A DNA stretch of 64,000 bases. Source: Octopus sinensis (Eukaryota). The stretch is taken from positions 166,904,001 through 166,968,000 of the forward strand of contig NC_042997.1 of NCBI RefSeq assembly GCF_006345805.1, written 5' to 3'. The notes beneath the pieces were generated by a model. The model did no database searches. It saw only the letters and a list, made by a program, of their open reading frames with translations, and was not told where the DNA came from. Shown here one piece after another: positions 50,331 through 63,361 of this stretch; within the stretch, counting starts at the first letter, position 1; each line of letters opens with the position of its first letter. A program made the position numbers and the translations under genes.

Positions 50331-50989
50331 CACTCTGCTCTTTTGGTTTAAAAGCATGTGCGAACCCACGGATAAGGCTGGAGGGGAGAAGCTAAACAAT
50401 CAATGCTTGGTTACTGAGGGAAGTCACTTAGTTGTTTCACTTTAGGCTAGCTATGGTTGGACAGATCTATCATCAAAGCCATTCTAAGCGCGATCGTTCC
50501 ATAACTTTATGCGTTCAAGACTGAATTAGCCCACGTGTTCTGAGTTTTTTGTTTTCTTTTCTTTTGAATAAGTGGGATGTGATTTCAAAGAGCTTTGGCT
50601 AGCATTTCTTGCAGATCAAGGGAACACGTAGGAACTAACTTGTTGCCTCGAGATAAAACAGCTCTTTGGTGGTAACGAGATTGGTTAATAGTAAAGTGAA
50701 GATAGACAGAAGAGCATTGGCAAATATTGATATACGATGTGTATGCATGTGTGTGCCGTCTGGGAGTATATGTGTGTGAATGTGTGTGTGTATGTGTGCG
50801 TGTGTGTGTGCGTGCGTGTCTGTGCGTGCGTGTATATATGTGTGTATTGAGAAGAGACACTTCATTGAAATACACATGTGAATAGTTTGATAATGAAACA
50901 TTCGCTTTGACATAGACATACTCAGACATACTCACAAAATACATAGAAATTCACACTCAAACACATATACACACACCTAGACACAGTCA

Positions 50990-51212
50990 AATGTGTGTGT
51001 ATACATAAATACAATTCACACAACACACACACATATATATATAAATACATACATATACATATGTATATATATATACAAGTATATATATACATACATGCAT
51101 ATATATATACATACATATATACATACATACATATATACATACATACGTATATATATTTATACATACATACATATATATATATAATACATATCTATATATA
51201 TACATACATATC

Positions 51213-51256
<44 letters not shown>

Positions 51257-51266
51257 TATACATACA

Positions 51267-51306
<40 letters not shown>

Positions 51307-51378
51307 CATACATATACATATATATATATATATACATACTACATACATATATATATACATACATATACATATATACAT

Positions 51379-51424
<46 letters not shown>

Positions 51425-51459
51425 GTACATATGTATGAATGTATATATGTATTTATATG

Positions 51460-51505
<46 letters not shown>

Positions 51506-51600
51506 CAAATACACACATGTATATATATATATAAATGTATGTCTGTATATATGTATGCATGCGTGCCTCTGTGTGTGTATGTATGTATGCGTGTGTTGGT
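50990..51600. repeat. Long TA/CATA microsatellite block
   Basis: Directly visible. Confidence 0.95.
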
Positions 51601-51739
51601 TATGTTTAGATAGATAGAAAGTTAGACAGATAAACAGACGTTTGTAAGTTGTTGCGATATGATAAAAAATAATGTCAGTTTTGTCAAGCCAGTGTGTAAG
51701 ACACACCATCAACAACTGGCCCAACATTTCTAGCTAGTT

Positions 51740-51990
51740 GCTACATTGCTATAAGACAAGATGGCGTATAAAAACAATATACAATACAATTGATAGAAAA
51801 AAATTGCTGAGCCTGAAAGACCAGAAAGAAGTACTGTTATCATGGAATGTATGCTCACATATAAAAATAAAGAATACTTGTGGAAGTTGGAAGAATTCTG
51901 TGAAAGAGTACCCTTTTCTGTACAAGCACAACAAACCTGATATTGTCCTCTGAGACAGGGAACAAAACTCGTGTAGTGTTGTGTGAACAA
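51740..51990 (+). pseudogene. Decayed R4/Dong-like LINE fragment (REL endonuclease region)
   Basis: YIAIRQDGV..KTIYN followed by HNKPDIVL*DREQNSC, resembling RHD...HNRPDIV motifs. Confidence 0.55.
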
Positions 51991-52332
51991 GCTACTCGGT
52001 ATATATATCTCTGGTTAATTTGTACGGAAGAATATCAACTATGAATAAAATATAAGAACAAGGATAGTCAAGTGGTTAAGGAGTTCGCTTCGTAATTTCA
52101 TTTTTCTCGGGTTAGATTCTGAGGTGCCAGTTCTGGGGCATGTTACCTTTATAGTAGCTTCGAGCTAACAAATAAATTAAGTGTGGAATTTGGTTAACGT
52201 AATCTATACCGAAGACCAACGAATATATATAGGCTTACAATGGTTTGACTACGTTGCTTTCTGTATTATATATATATACTAGCAGTATCGCCCGGCGTTG
52301 CTCGGGTTGTAAGGGAAATAACTATATAAGCA

Positions 52333-52620
52333 TTTTTAGAGAGTTATAGCCAAAAAATAGCAAAAAAATGCATTAAAAATTGAAAAAAAATTAAGGTAAA
52401 TTTTTCTTTAAATCGTTGACACATCGTAAAAATTTTTTAGAGAGTTATAGCCAAAAAATAGCAAAAAAATGCATTAAAAATTGAAAAAAAATTAAGGTAA
52501 ATTTTTCTTTAAATCGTTGACACATCGTAAAAATTTTTTAGAGAGTTACTTCCCTTATATAAAAGCGAAAAAAATGCATTAAAATGGAAAAATATGATGG
52601 TAATTTTTTTTTAAAATCGT
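52333..52620. repeat. ~102-bp tandem repeat inside the Helitron (two copies plus a diverged third)
   Basis: tttagagagttatagccaaaaaatagc...tcgttgacacatcgtaaaa repeated. Confidence 0.9.
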
Positions 52621-52660
52621 AGACTCATCGTAGACGCGCGCTAATACCCAGAAGGGCTCG

Positions 52661-53146
52661 TTTGTTATTCTGGGTAACTTTCTGTAAAATTATTAAAATT
52701 TTGTTCAAACATCGCTATAGAAAATGGGTTATTAGCTAATATTCAATTGGGTATACAACAAAATTTTACGATAGAATTTGTTATTCTGGGTAACTTTCTG
52801 TAAAATTATTAAAATTTTGTTCAAACATCGCTATAGAAAATGGGTTATTAGCTAATATTCAATGGGTATACAACAAAATTTTACGATAGAATTTGTTATT
52901 CTGGGTAACTTTCTGTAAATTTATTAAAATTTTGTTCAAACATCGCTATAGAAAATGGGTTATTAGCTAATATTCAATTGGGTATACAACAAAATTTTAC
53001 GATAGAATTGTTATTCTGGGTAACTTTCTGTAAAATTATTAAAATTTTGTTCAAACATCGCTATAGAAAATGGGTTATTAGCTAATATTCAATTGGGTAT
53101 ACAACAAAATTTTACGATAGAATTTGTTATTCTGGGTAACTTTCTG
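52661..53146. repeat. ~116-bp tandem repeat, about 4.2 near-identical copies
   Basis: Units start at about 52661, 52777, 52892, 53008 and 53123. Confidence 0.97.
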
Positions 53147-53451
53147 ATACCCATAATAATATTTATGGCAAAATAGGCCTTAATTTCATTTAAGGTTGTG
53201 GGAAATAACAAACTATCCTTTCTTTCGTTTTGTTTACGTTTAGCGTAACAGTTCGTTTCTGCCGTAATGATTTCAAATGGGCTCATTCGAAAAAGTAAAT
53301 AGAAATAGTGTAAGGCTTTACTCTTCTGGGAAAGTCTGTGGCTTGGTGCAGTTTCTTCAGAAAAATCACCGAAAGAAACAGTTTTTAAATTTTCACTCCA
53401 TTCAGGTGCTAATTCGTGTTCTTAATCGCTGTCGGATTCACTGTTTTCACT
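53089..53451 (-). pseudogene. piggyBac-type transposase N-terminal fragment inside the Helitron
   Basis: PEWSENLKTV..F.EETAPSH..HYFYLLF..FEIITAETNCYA..FPTTLNEIKAYFAINIIMGIRKLPRITN, as in PGBD/piggyBac transposases. Confidence 0.85.
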
Positions 53452-53948
53452 TTAATAGCTGCCAACTTGCAAAGACAAAGGAGGAGAAGGGTGATAGCGT
53501 GAGTGAAACAATTCGCTCCCTTTGTGTGTGTGTGCGTTTGCGTGTGGTGTAAACCAGACTAAGAAAAGCATTTGACACACACACCAGAATGTGAGTTTTC
53601 TGTAAATTTTGCTTAATTGGAGTTTAAATTTTAAAAACTGGACCTGGCATGACGCGATGCATTGTACTCTTAAAACTGCTAGGTAAATTGTAATTGAAGA
53701 AATCCTATATTGTAGATTTGTATAACTCCCAAAGGGAGGCAGATAAAATCTGCCTTTTATAATAAGAGATATATAAGATACAAAATGGGACAAGAAGGCA
53801 AAAGATCCGGACAACTAGGTGATACAAAAAGGGGACAACAAAATATTCAGATAGACGATACAAAAAAAAAAACAAGTACGGGTCATTCGAAGCTTTCTAT
53901 CCTCAGTCAAGAACCGGATCATCCTCGCAATTTCGGCTGACACACATA

Positions 53949-54289
53949 GTGGCGGCGCAATGGCCCAGTGGTTAGGGCAGCGGACTCGCGGTCGTAGGCT
54001 CGCGTTTTCGATTCCCAGACCGGGCGTTGTGAGAGTTTATTGAGCGAAAATAAACAGCAGAGGGTGGTGGCGAATCCTGCTTTACTCTTTCACCACAACT
54101 TTCTCTCATTCTTTCTTCCTGTTTCTGTTGAACCTGTATTTGAAAGTGCCAGCCTTGTCACACTCTGTGTCACGCTGAATCTCCCCGGGAACTTTGTTAA
54201 GACTACACGTGTCTGTGGAGTGCTCAGCCACTTGCACGTTAATTGATTGGATCAACTGGAACCCTCGTTGTCGTAACCGACGGAGTGCC
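53949..54289 (+). mobile_element. Family C SINE, tail type 2, with small internal deletions
   Basis: Matches reverse complement of 31143-31542. Confidence 0.92.
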
Positions 54290-54304
54290 GTAGTATATAT
54301 ATAT

Positions 54305-54510
54305 AAAGGGAAAGTTTACGAAAATAAACAAAAGACGAAGGCAGGTGGAGTACAAACAAACAAATGTATTAGTATAGCGTTCAGGAGTAGAAAATGTCTT
54401 TACGTTTCGAGCCTACGCTCTTCGACAGAAAGATACACAGAAAAAAAACAAAGAGAGAAAAAAAAGAGAGAACAAAAAGGAGAGAAAAATGCGTGTAGGA
54501 GCTAACGATC
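54305..54510 (-). mobile_element. Possible Penelope-like-element-derived short repeat with a hammerhead-like motif
   Basis: Minus strand tcttt-ctgtcgaa-gagc gtag gctc-gaaacgt-a-aaga at 54396-54433. Confidence 0.4.
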
Positions 54511-54546
54511 TATATATATATATTATATATATATATATATATATAG

Positions 54547-54605
<59 letters not shown>

Positions 54606-54818
54606 TGTGTGTGTGTAGCACATGTAAGAAAAATTACAATAAACACAATTTTATATTATATATGTTCTGTGTTTATGTTTATTGACGTAAATCGATGTGT
54701 CAAGCAGTGTTTCATCATGTCATCGTACTAATATGTAGTACAGAAATTGCTAAAATAATACCAAACTAAAATATTCTGAGTGGAATACGACCAGCTAAAC
54801 CCATCTGTATATATATGC

Positions 54819-54903
<85 letters not shown>

Positions 54904-55338
54904 ATATTAATAATATATATATGCATGTATATATATATCGAACCCCCAGCGCTCTGAGCGAATCCCTGTGGTTTCAACACACACACGCACATATGTCGTT
55001 GAGAGATTTCTCTAAGATTAAATATTACAGCTAGTATCTTTCTACGTTTGTATACACAACAAAATGACACACACCGGTATTCTAACCGAATATTCGAATG
55101 CAGGTGTTGTCATACTTCAGTCCTTCCTAAACCTCTGTAACCTCCGCATGTATTGTCATCAAAATGCAGCATAGATTGACACTGATGCTATATATGCACA
55201 GCTTTCGAAGACACCACCAAGCCGAATATGATAAGATATTGTTCTTTTTCAATAGCATGAAAATACAATGTCATAAGTTACCGCAGTCTATACATCGTTT
55301 TAAACAATCTTATCTGGAGAACACGTATATAGAATATT

Positions 55339-55571
55339 TATTTCTTTATTGCCCACAAGGGGCTAAACATAGAGGGGACAAACAAGGACAGATAAAGGGA
55401 TTAAGTCGATTACATCGACCCCAGTGCGTAACTGGTACTTATTTAATTGACCCCGAAAGGATGAAAGGCAAAGTCGACCTCGGCGGAATTTGAACTCACA
55501 ACGTAACGACAGACGAAATACCGCTAAGCATTTCGCCCGGCGTGCTAACGTTTCTGCCAGCTCGCCGCCTT
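55339..55571 (-). mobile_element. Family A SINE monomer
   Basis: 18-bp TSD acacgtatatagaatatt at 55321-55338 and 55574-55591. Confidence 0.97.
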
Positions 55572-57164
55572 CTACACGTATATAGAATATTGCCAACAAC
55601 TGTATCACAATGATTAAGGCTTCTTAATTAGGGCCAGAGTTATTATAGCGAGGTTCAATTATTCTCCTACAAACATTACGCCCGGAACAGGGAGTGCAGG
55701 GGATGCATGTGCATCACCTAAATTTTGGTGGGATGTAAAATCAAAATTTGTACCCCTACTTATTTTTCTCGTATTAGAAAACAGTGCGTAAAAAGCGATC
55801 TGTAAAAACTAGCTTAAAGTTAGGTTCTTTCTTAAAGAACAAAGAACAAAAATAAAAGACAATGAAACCTTGTTCGTAAAACGATTTGAACCTGGTTTTG
55901 CGCCCCCTAAGCAAACTTAGTTCCCGAGTCAGTGTCTACAAAACACTGACCTGCAACGGATGGGAAACCGCTGTTTGCTGCTTCTCATAGAAATGATGTT
56001 GGTCAAACTGAAAAACAATGTATAACAGCCTCCATTCAAGCTAGTAGCTATTCATATCTATGTCATACCTGTTGTATTCTGTGCTAAAACCTTTCTCTAC
56101 TTATTCCTCCTCACAGTTGCAATCACGCCAATGCGTTTCCGTCAGGCGACAACTTGCATTAGTTCAATCTCAACATTAACTGCGTCGATCTTACCAGTTT
56201 TGAAGGGTGGCCTACTTAATAATAGTATATTTCTTTAATATTTTTTTTCTCTGGTTCCCATAACTTGAGTGGCTGAAACGGATGACATATTTTCAATAAC
56301 TTCTTTTTTTTTTAGGTCGTACTATTGACTTTGACAAAATTATTTCAACAAATTAAAAATATGGCGTTTTTGTTTTAAATCATGTGAGTCCTAATATGTA
56401 AATACATATATTTTAAAGTATAACAAAATAACCTAGAGAGAAATATACGATGTTATTTGAAATAATGTGACACTATAACATCTGAAGATACAATCTTCGG
56501 TGTCATCATTGAACAAACAATGAGTGAAATAATTACCCATCTTGATTCAATTTTAATGCTTGCTTTAAAACGTTATGTCAAACTTGTTTTAAAACCTAGC
56601 AACCATATGTAAAATGTGTTATATGTCTGAGCGCACGTGCGTACGTGGGCGCACGCGTGTGTTTTAGGCATGCCTCCAACTTAATAGATCAACTCTCATT
56701 AAATGAGCATCATCTTCCTGCAGGCTAATATAACATTAACTATTTAATACTTTTTATAAGCTACACTTCTCAGTTATGTTGATGAGAGCCATGAATGAGT
56801 GTTTAATTAAATATTAACATAACTTTCTGCCAGAAGTATAAATAATATCCTCTATAACAAAATAAAGATATAAATGAATCTCCCAAAATAGAATTTAATA
56901 TAAAATATGAAGGTTCTTTACGCAAATTCACAATGATATCAAATTAACCATGATTATAAAAGGCTTTCACAAATATTTCTAATTTCCTTGTGTATTTCTT
57001 GAAAAATAAGATAATTAGGTACACACACGCACATATACTGCATATATGTTCTATTTATTCTTGAACCCTGGGACAAATAAGGCTTCTCAGCTGGTTTCCA
57101 TGGTGCATAAGTGACCGAGATCACCACATTCTCTTGAACAGAATGGCAATTTGTTGCAGAGTTC

Positions 57165-57350
57165 AAAGCCAGTAATTTTAAGGGTAGGGGACAGTTAATT
57201 ACATTGAACTGCATACTCTACTGGTATTTTATTTTATTGATACCGAAACGATAAGAGAGAAAGTTGAACCTGGCAGGATTTGAACTCAAAACGTAAAGAA
57301 CCAGAAGAAATTTTATCCGACGTGCTAACGATTCTGCCAGATAGCCGCTT
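57165..57350 (-). mobile_element. Old family A SINE
   Basis: Diverged core and old-type tail. Confidence 0.75.
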
Positions 57351-57379
57351 GCAGACTTAAATATTATTCTCTTATTTAC

Positions 57380-57720
57380 AAGGCAGTGAGTTGGCAGAAT
57401 CGTTAGCACGCGAGGCAAAGTGTTTCATCCTTTCGAGGTCAATAAATTAAGTACCAGTTACGCACTGAGGTCGATGTAATCGACTTAATCCCTTTGTCTG
57501 TCCTTGTTTGTCCCCTCTGTGTTTAGCCGCTTGTGGGTAGTAAAGAAATAGGTGTTTCGCCTGTCGTTACGTTCTGAGTCCAAATTCCATCGAAGTCGAC
57601 CTCGCCTTTCATCCTTTCGGGATCGATAAAATAAGTACCAGTTACGCACTGGGGTCGATAAAATCGATTAGTTCCCTTCCCCAAAAATTTTCAACGTCTT
57701 GTTCCTAGAGTAGAAATAAT
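57380..57720 (+). mobile_element. Old family A SINE containing a 5'-truncated young unit
   Basis: Old head to ggcaaagtg, then tttcatcctttcg...gaaatag, then gtgtttcg... and old tail. Confidence 0.88.
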
Positions 57721-58094
57721 TATTCTCTTATTCATGCACTGGTTTCAGTCTCTAGAGACAGAGGTCATACTGGGCCAATGTATTCAGTGTGAACTCGATT
57801 CTATCAGCTTTGGTATTTCATTGTTACTTAGTTTACCAAACGCAGGAACATGATAGGCCAAGTCGATAGGGTAGGATTTGAACTCTGAACGTAAAGGAAT
57901 GAAGCTTTGTTTCATCAGCCTAATATATATAAAATCCTTAAATCCTTAAATATGATTCAGCTCGAAGGCTGCGGCCATGCTGGGGCACCACCGCTGTATA
58001 TATATATTTTTTTACTACTTTCAGCCTGTGGGATTTATCAATACCAGGGCACAGACAAAGATTATATCTTCTTTTTTTAAAATTCCTTTATTTT

Positions 58095-58447
58095 TTTGTC
58101 ATTTGACTGCGGCCATGCTGGAGCACTGCCTTGAAGGGTTCTAGTCGAACAGATCTCAGGACTTATTTTTTTAAGACTTGTACTTATTCTATCGGTCGCT
58201 TTTGCCGAACCGCTAGCTTAAGGGAGCGTAAATCCACCAACACCGGTTGTCAAACGGCGATGGGGAGAAAAATACACACATACACATATATATACATACG
58301 ACGGGCTTCTTCCAGTTTCCGATGAAAGCTTTCGTCGGCCCGATACTATGAGTAGAAAACACTTGCTCAAGTGTGCCACTGCGTGATACTGAACCCGGAA
58401 CTATGTGATTGGGAAGCAAGCTTCTAACCACACAGCTACGCCTGCAC
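58095..58447 (-). mobile_element. Family B SINE
   Basis: gactgcggccatgctggagcac tail through cttctaaccacacagc head. Confidence 0.88.
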
Positions 58448-58454
58448 CTAGTAC

Positions 58455-59120
<666 letters not shown>

Positions 59121-59834
59121 GTGCGTGAGTACGTGTGTGTTTGCATGAACGACGGAAAATGAATGGCTAAATACATAAATGAATTCTTTAAATAATAAAT
59201 GGGATAGAAACAAAGAATAAGTGTGAGGTGATAAATGATGTCGGTACAAGGATGATATCTCTGAATTGAATAAACAGACGAGAAAGAGAGAGTGAGAGGG
59301 GGAAGAGAAAGAGAGAGGGAAGAGAAAGAGAGAGGCAAGGGAGGTAGTGAAGGGTAAGAGCTGAAGAAAAATTGTCTGTTTATTGAAATGTTCGGCGGTA
59401 GAAATAAAAACTAAAAGGAGAAAAGAAGGAAAGTAAGATGTAATCCAGAATAAGTGGAGAAAGAAAGTGAGGAGAAAGCAAGTAGTAAATAAGAAAGAAA
59501 CGAAAGGAAAAGAAGAGTAAAGGTCAAACTTAAGAAGAAATGAACAAGAATATGATGGAAAAGTATAGTAAAACTGGTGGGAGAAGAACGAAAGAAAAAG
59601 CGTTAACACAAGAGGAAAGATGGAGGAAAAGATTTAAAGTGAAAAGGAAAAAGAAGAGAAACACCTTGAAATTGTCGATGGTATAGCCGTATGTTTATAG
59701 TTTGAAAGATGGCGGGAAGAACGGTGTAGGTTATATTTTGGTAGCTGTCGTTCTTCAACCCCAAGACAACCCTGATTGAGTAGACCTATGATCAAAGGCA
59801 TTCCGACCATAACTATCCTGTTGTTTTCCTATAC

Positions 59835-60066
59835 ATTTCTTTACTGCCCACAAGGGGCTAAACAAAGATGGGACGAACAAGGACAGACAAAGGGATTAAG
59901 TCGATTACAGCGACCCCAGTGCGAAACTGGTACTTTATTTATAGACTCTGAAAGGATGAAAGGCAAAGTCGACCTCGGCAGAATTTGAACTCAGAACGTA
60001 ACGACAGACGAAATACCGCTAAGCATTTCGCCCGGCGCGCTAACGTTTCTGCCAGCTCGCCGCCTT
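59835..60066 (-). mobile_element. Family A SINE monomer
   Basis: 13-bp TSD ttgttttcctata at 59821-59833 and 60069-60081. Confidence 0.96.
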
Positions 60067-60597
60067 ATTTGTTTTCCTATATGTAAGGAACATAGGACAT
60101 CATTATCTAATGTGTACTTATTTTCAGACGGTAGGGTGTTTTGAGGGAGATTCAGCTCTTATTTCTTGTGGGATTAGTGATCCTTCGTTGGCTCGGCACA
60201 TCGTGAGAGTTAGAGATGCTGTTACTTGATGATTTGGAGTTGAGATTAACGGCCATTGATATCGCTGGTTGTGATACCGTTAGAGATGTTGATGCTGGTG
60301 TTAGTGGCGATTTGTGGAAGGCGATGATGGTGATGTGCATAGCGGCGATTGGGTCGAAAATAGTTGTTTGTGTTGTTGATGGTAGTGGTGATGGTAATGG
60401 TGGTGGCCGGGATGTTATCGCAAATGATGTGTATGCAGAGATTATCCAGCTGTGGTGGTGACGTGAAAGGGCGTCTGCTGAGAAAAGGAAGTGAGACTTG
60501 CTACCACTTCAGGCGAAGAATGAATGAAATACACTGTTCCTACTTCTCACTGGAAGAGACTGTGTCTGTGTGGTGAGAGGAAGACTACGATGACGAT

Positions 60598-61216
60598 AAA
60601 GAAGAAGAAGAGGAGACGAAGAAGAAGAAGAAAAAGAAGAAGAAGACGAAGAAGAAGAAGAAAAAGAAGAAGAAGAGGAGGAGGAGGAGGAGGATGGGGA
60701 TGGGGAGGAGAGAGGGGTGCAGAGGTGGAAGAGAAAGAGGACGAGAAAATAACAGGAAGTGGTTGGGTATTTGCCAGAATAAGACACAGAGGTGGAAAGA
60801 TAAAAAAAGACAACAAAAAGACAAAAAAGAAAGAAGAAAGGAAAAAGAAAGTAAGTAAAGGAAGGAAGGAAGGAAGGAAGGAAGGAAGGGAAGATAGGAA
60901 AAAGGAAAAGGAAAGTAAGTAATGTAAGTAAAGGAAGGAAGGAAGGAAGGGAAGATAGGAAGAAAAAAAGGCAACAAAAGAATATAGTATAAAAAGTGAT
61001 CAATGTATGAAAGACGGAGGGGGTGGGACAAAAAGGAGTATATACAGTGGTAGGTGGGTATGTAACCGGAAGTTTAAGGAACTGAGAAAGGACTGTAATA
61101 GGGAGCTGAAAGAAAAAAGAAAGCACGAAGGGAGTGAGAGAGAAAAAGTGAGAGTAAGATAGATCGAGGGTGAAAGCGAAAGCAAAAAAACATGAAAGCA
61201 AGTGAGAGATAGATAA

Positions 61217-61251
<35 letters not shown>

Positions 61252-61252
61252 T

Positions 61253-61312
<60 letters not shown>

Positions 61313-61344
61313 CAGGACAGACAGACAGACATATAGATAGACAG

Positions 61345-61420
<76 letters not shown>

Positions 61421-61484
61421 AATATATAGATAGATAGTTAGTTAGATAGATAGATAATAGATAGATAGATAGATAGATAGATAT

Positions 61485-61517
<33 letters not shown>
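60598..61517. repeat. Purine-rich (GAA/GGA/GGAA) tract followed by (GATA)n and (TA)n
   Basis: Directly visible; includes a ~55-bp internal duplication near 60847-60968. Confidence 0.92.
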
Positions 61518-62339
61518 AAAAGGGAGAGAGTGAGATTATTGGACCTGAATGCGTCATTACTTTGGAAGGTGACATCACGTAATTGTATCAGAGAATGGTT
61601 CAGTATGAAATGACGTGTTAACGTGAGAGAATGTGAGAGAGCGATAGAATATTTTAGCGTGAGAGAATGTGCTCTCGCGTGAGCGAGGTTCAGTAAAAAG
61701 AGGGAATTTTGTAGCGCGAGAGAAGGTGTTTAGAGTGTTTAAGTTTGAGTGAATGTGTCAGCGTGAGAAGTGTCAGTATGACTGAATATAGAGTCTGAGA
61801 GAATGTGTTAGTGCAAGAATATGTCAGTGTAAGAAAATATACGTTTGAAGGAATATGTCAGTCAGTGTCAGAGTATGTGTCATTCTTTTACAATGTGTCG
61901 TTGTTTCAGTATATGTCAATGCAAAAGAAGTGGTGTGTATGACAAGGGAGGTTAAACGAGATTGCAAAAGATTAACGAAACTATAAAATATGTTGAATAT
62001 TCCAGAAATGTAGCCTTTCGCATGAAATACACATAAACCTGTATTTGGCTGCTATGTTTAGCATGACAACAGACCGCTATAGAATCTGTATATAAGGCAA
62101 TTTTAGAGCTAATAGTTGAAACTGAGGCGGCCATCACACGTAATTCCGAGATGGAGGGCTTCCAGTGTTATGAGAACTATACTGATGAGCTTCATTATGT
62201 TGAAACAGTAGACTGTTATGTACTTTACTGACTTTTGCATTGTATATTTTGTTATAAAGCAGAAGCACCCATGACCACTGCACACACACACAAAGAGAAA
62301 CTTGAGCACTTGCAAGCGTTTAGTCTTATAATACACATA

Positions 62340-62568
62340 AATAAAATAATAAATGCGCCCTTTTAAAGCCTCACCAGGCCCATGGACCCGGTTTCCCAGT
62401 TTCAGTGGCGTATGTGTTCCCCAGCTGGACGGGATGCCAGTCCATCGCAGCGTTACTCATTTTTGCCAGCTGAGCGGACTGGAGCAACGTGATTCTGATC
62501 CAGGAATCGAAACCACAATCTTACGATCATGATGCTGACACCCTAACCACTAAGCCACGCGCCTCCAC
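62340..62568 (-). mobile_element. tRNA-derived SINE with a Meta/V-like central domain
   Basis: Head ggcgcgtggcttagtggttaggg; gctgcgatggactggcatcccgtccag; 13-bp TSD tataatacacata at 62327-62339 and 62570-62582. Confidence 0.85.
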
Positions 62569-62781
62569 ATATAATACACATATTCACAGATAATAATACA
62601 CATATATGAATTCATAACAATATTTATATTGTTTTCTCATATATTTAACAACACTGTGTCCGAAGACCGGGTTTGTTTGTATTTGCATTTGTCCTATTCT
62701 TGGTTATAACGTAAAATCAAAGAAGCTGTTTAATGCAGGAATTTGAAGAAGGAATCGCGAGGTGACAATCGTTTCAACCTA

Positions 62782-62846
<65 letters not shown>

Positions 62847-63135
62847 TATATTTATATACCCTTGAAATAAAGTGCACTTTACGTTTAAAGGATTGTTATA
62901 TCAGCCAAGTTGTTAGTACATTTATGGTGCGATCATAGTAATGTAAGGATTTAAGACATGTGGTGGTGGTGGCAGCAGTAGTTGTCGTAGTAGCTGTAGT
63001 AGTTGTAGTAGTAGTAGTAGTAGTTGCTGCTGTTGTTGCTGTTATTGTTGTTGTTGTTGTTGTATGATCAGAAGCGTTCCAGTATTGCCTATCCTGTTTC
63101 ATTTTTAGACTTCGTGTACATGAACTGACAAAATA

Positions 63136-63361
63136 TATTCCTTTATTGCCCACAAGGGGCTAAACACAGAGGGGGACAAACAAAGACAGACAAAGGGATT
63201 AAGTCGATTACATCGACCCCAATGCGTAACTGGTACTTAATTTATCGACCCCGAAAGGATGAAAGGCAAAGTCGACCTCGGCGGAATTTGAACTCACAAC
63301 GTTGCGACAGACGAAATACTGCTGAGCATTTCGCCCGGCGTGCTAACGGTTCTGCCAGCTC
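63136..63361 (-). mobile_element. Family A SINE monomer
   Basis: Near-consensus core and tail. Confidence 0.95.

Larger units (their letters stand above)
52279..53769 (-). mobile_element. Non-autonomous Helitron, 1.49 kb
   Basis: a|TCTCTTATTATAAAAG 5' end at 53769; cccgagcaacgccggg hairpin followed by CTAG|t 3' end at 52279. Confidence 0.85.

Noticed and set aside
55670-55935. Possible hAT-type MITE
   Set aside because: Terminal inverted similarity too weak and no TSD found.
60509-61201. 230-aa and Lys/Arg-rich ORFs
   Set aside because: Translations of GAA/GGAA purine repeats.
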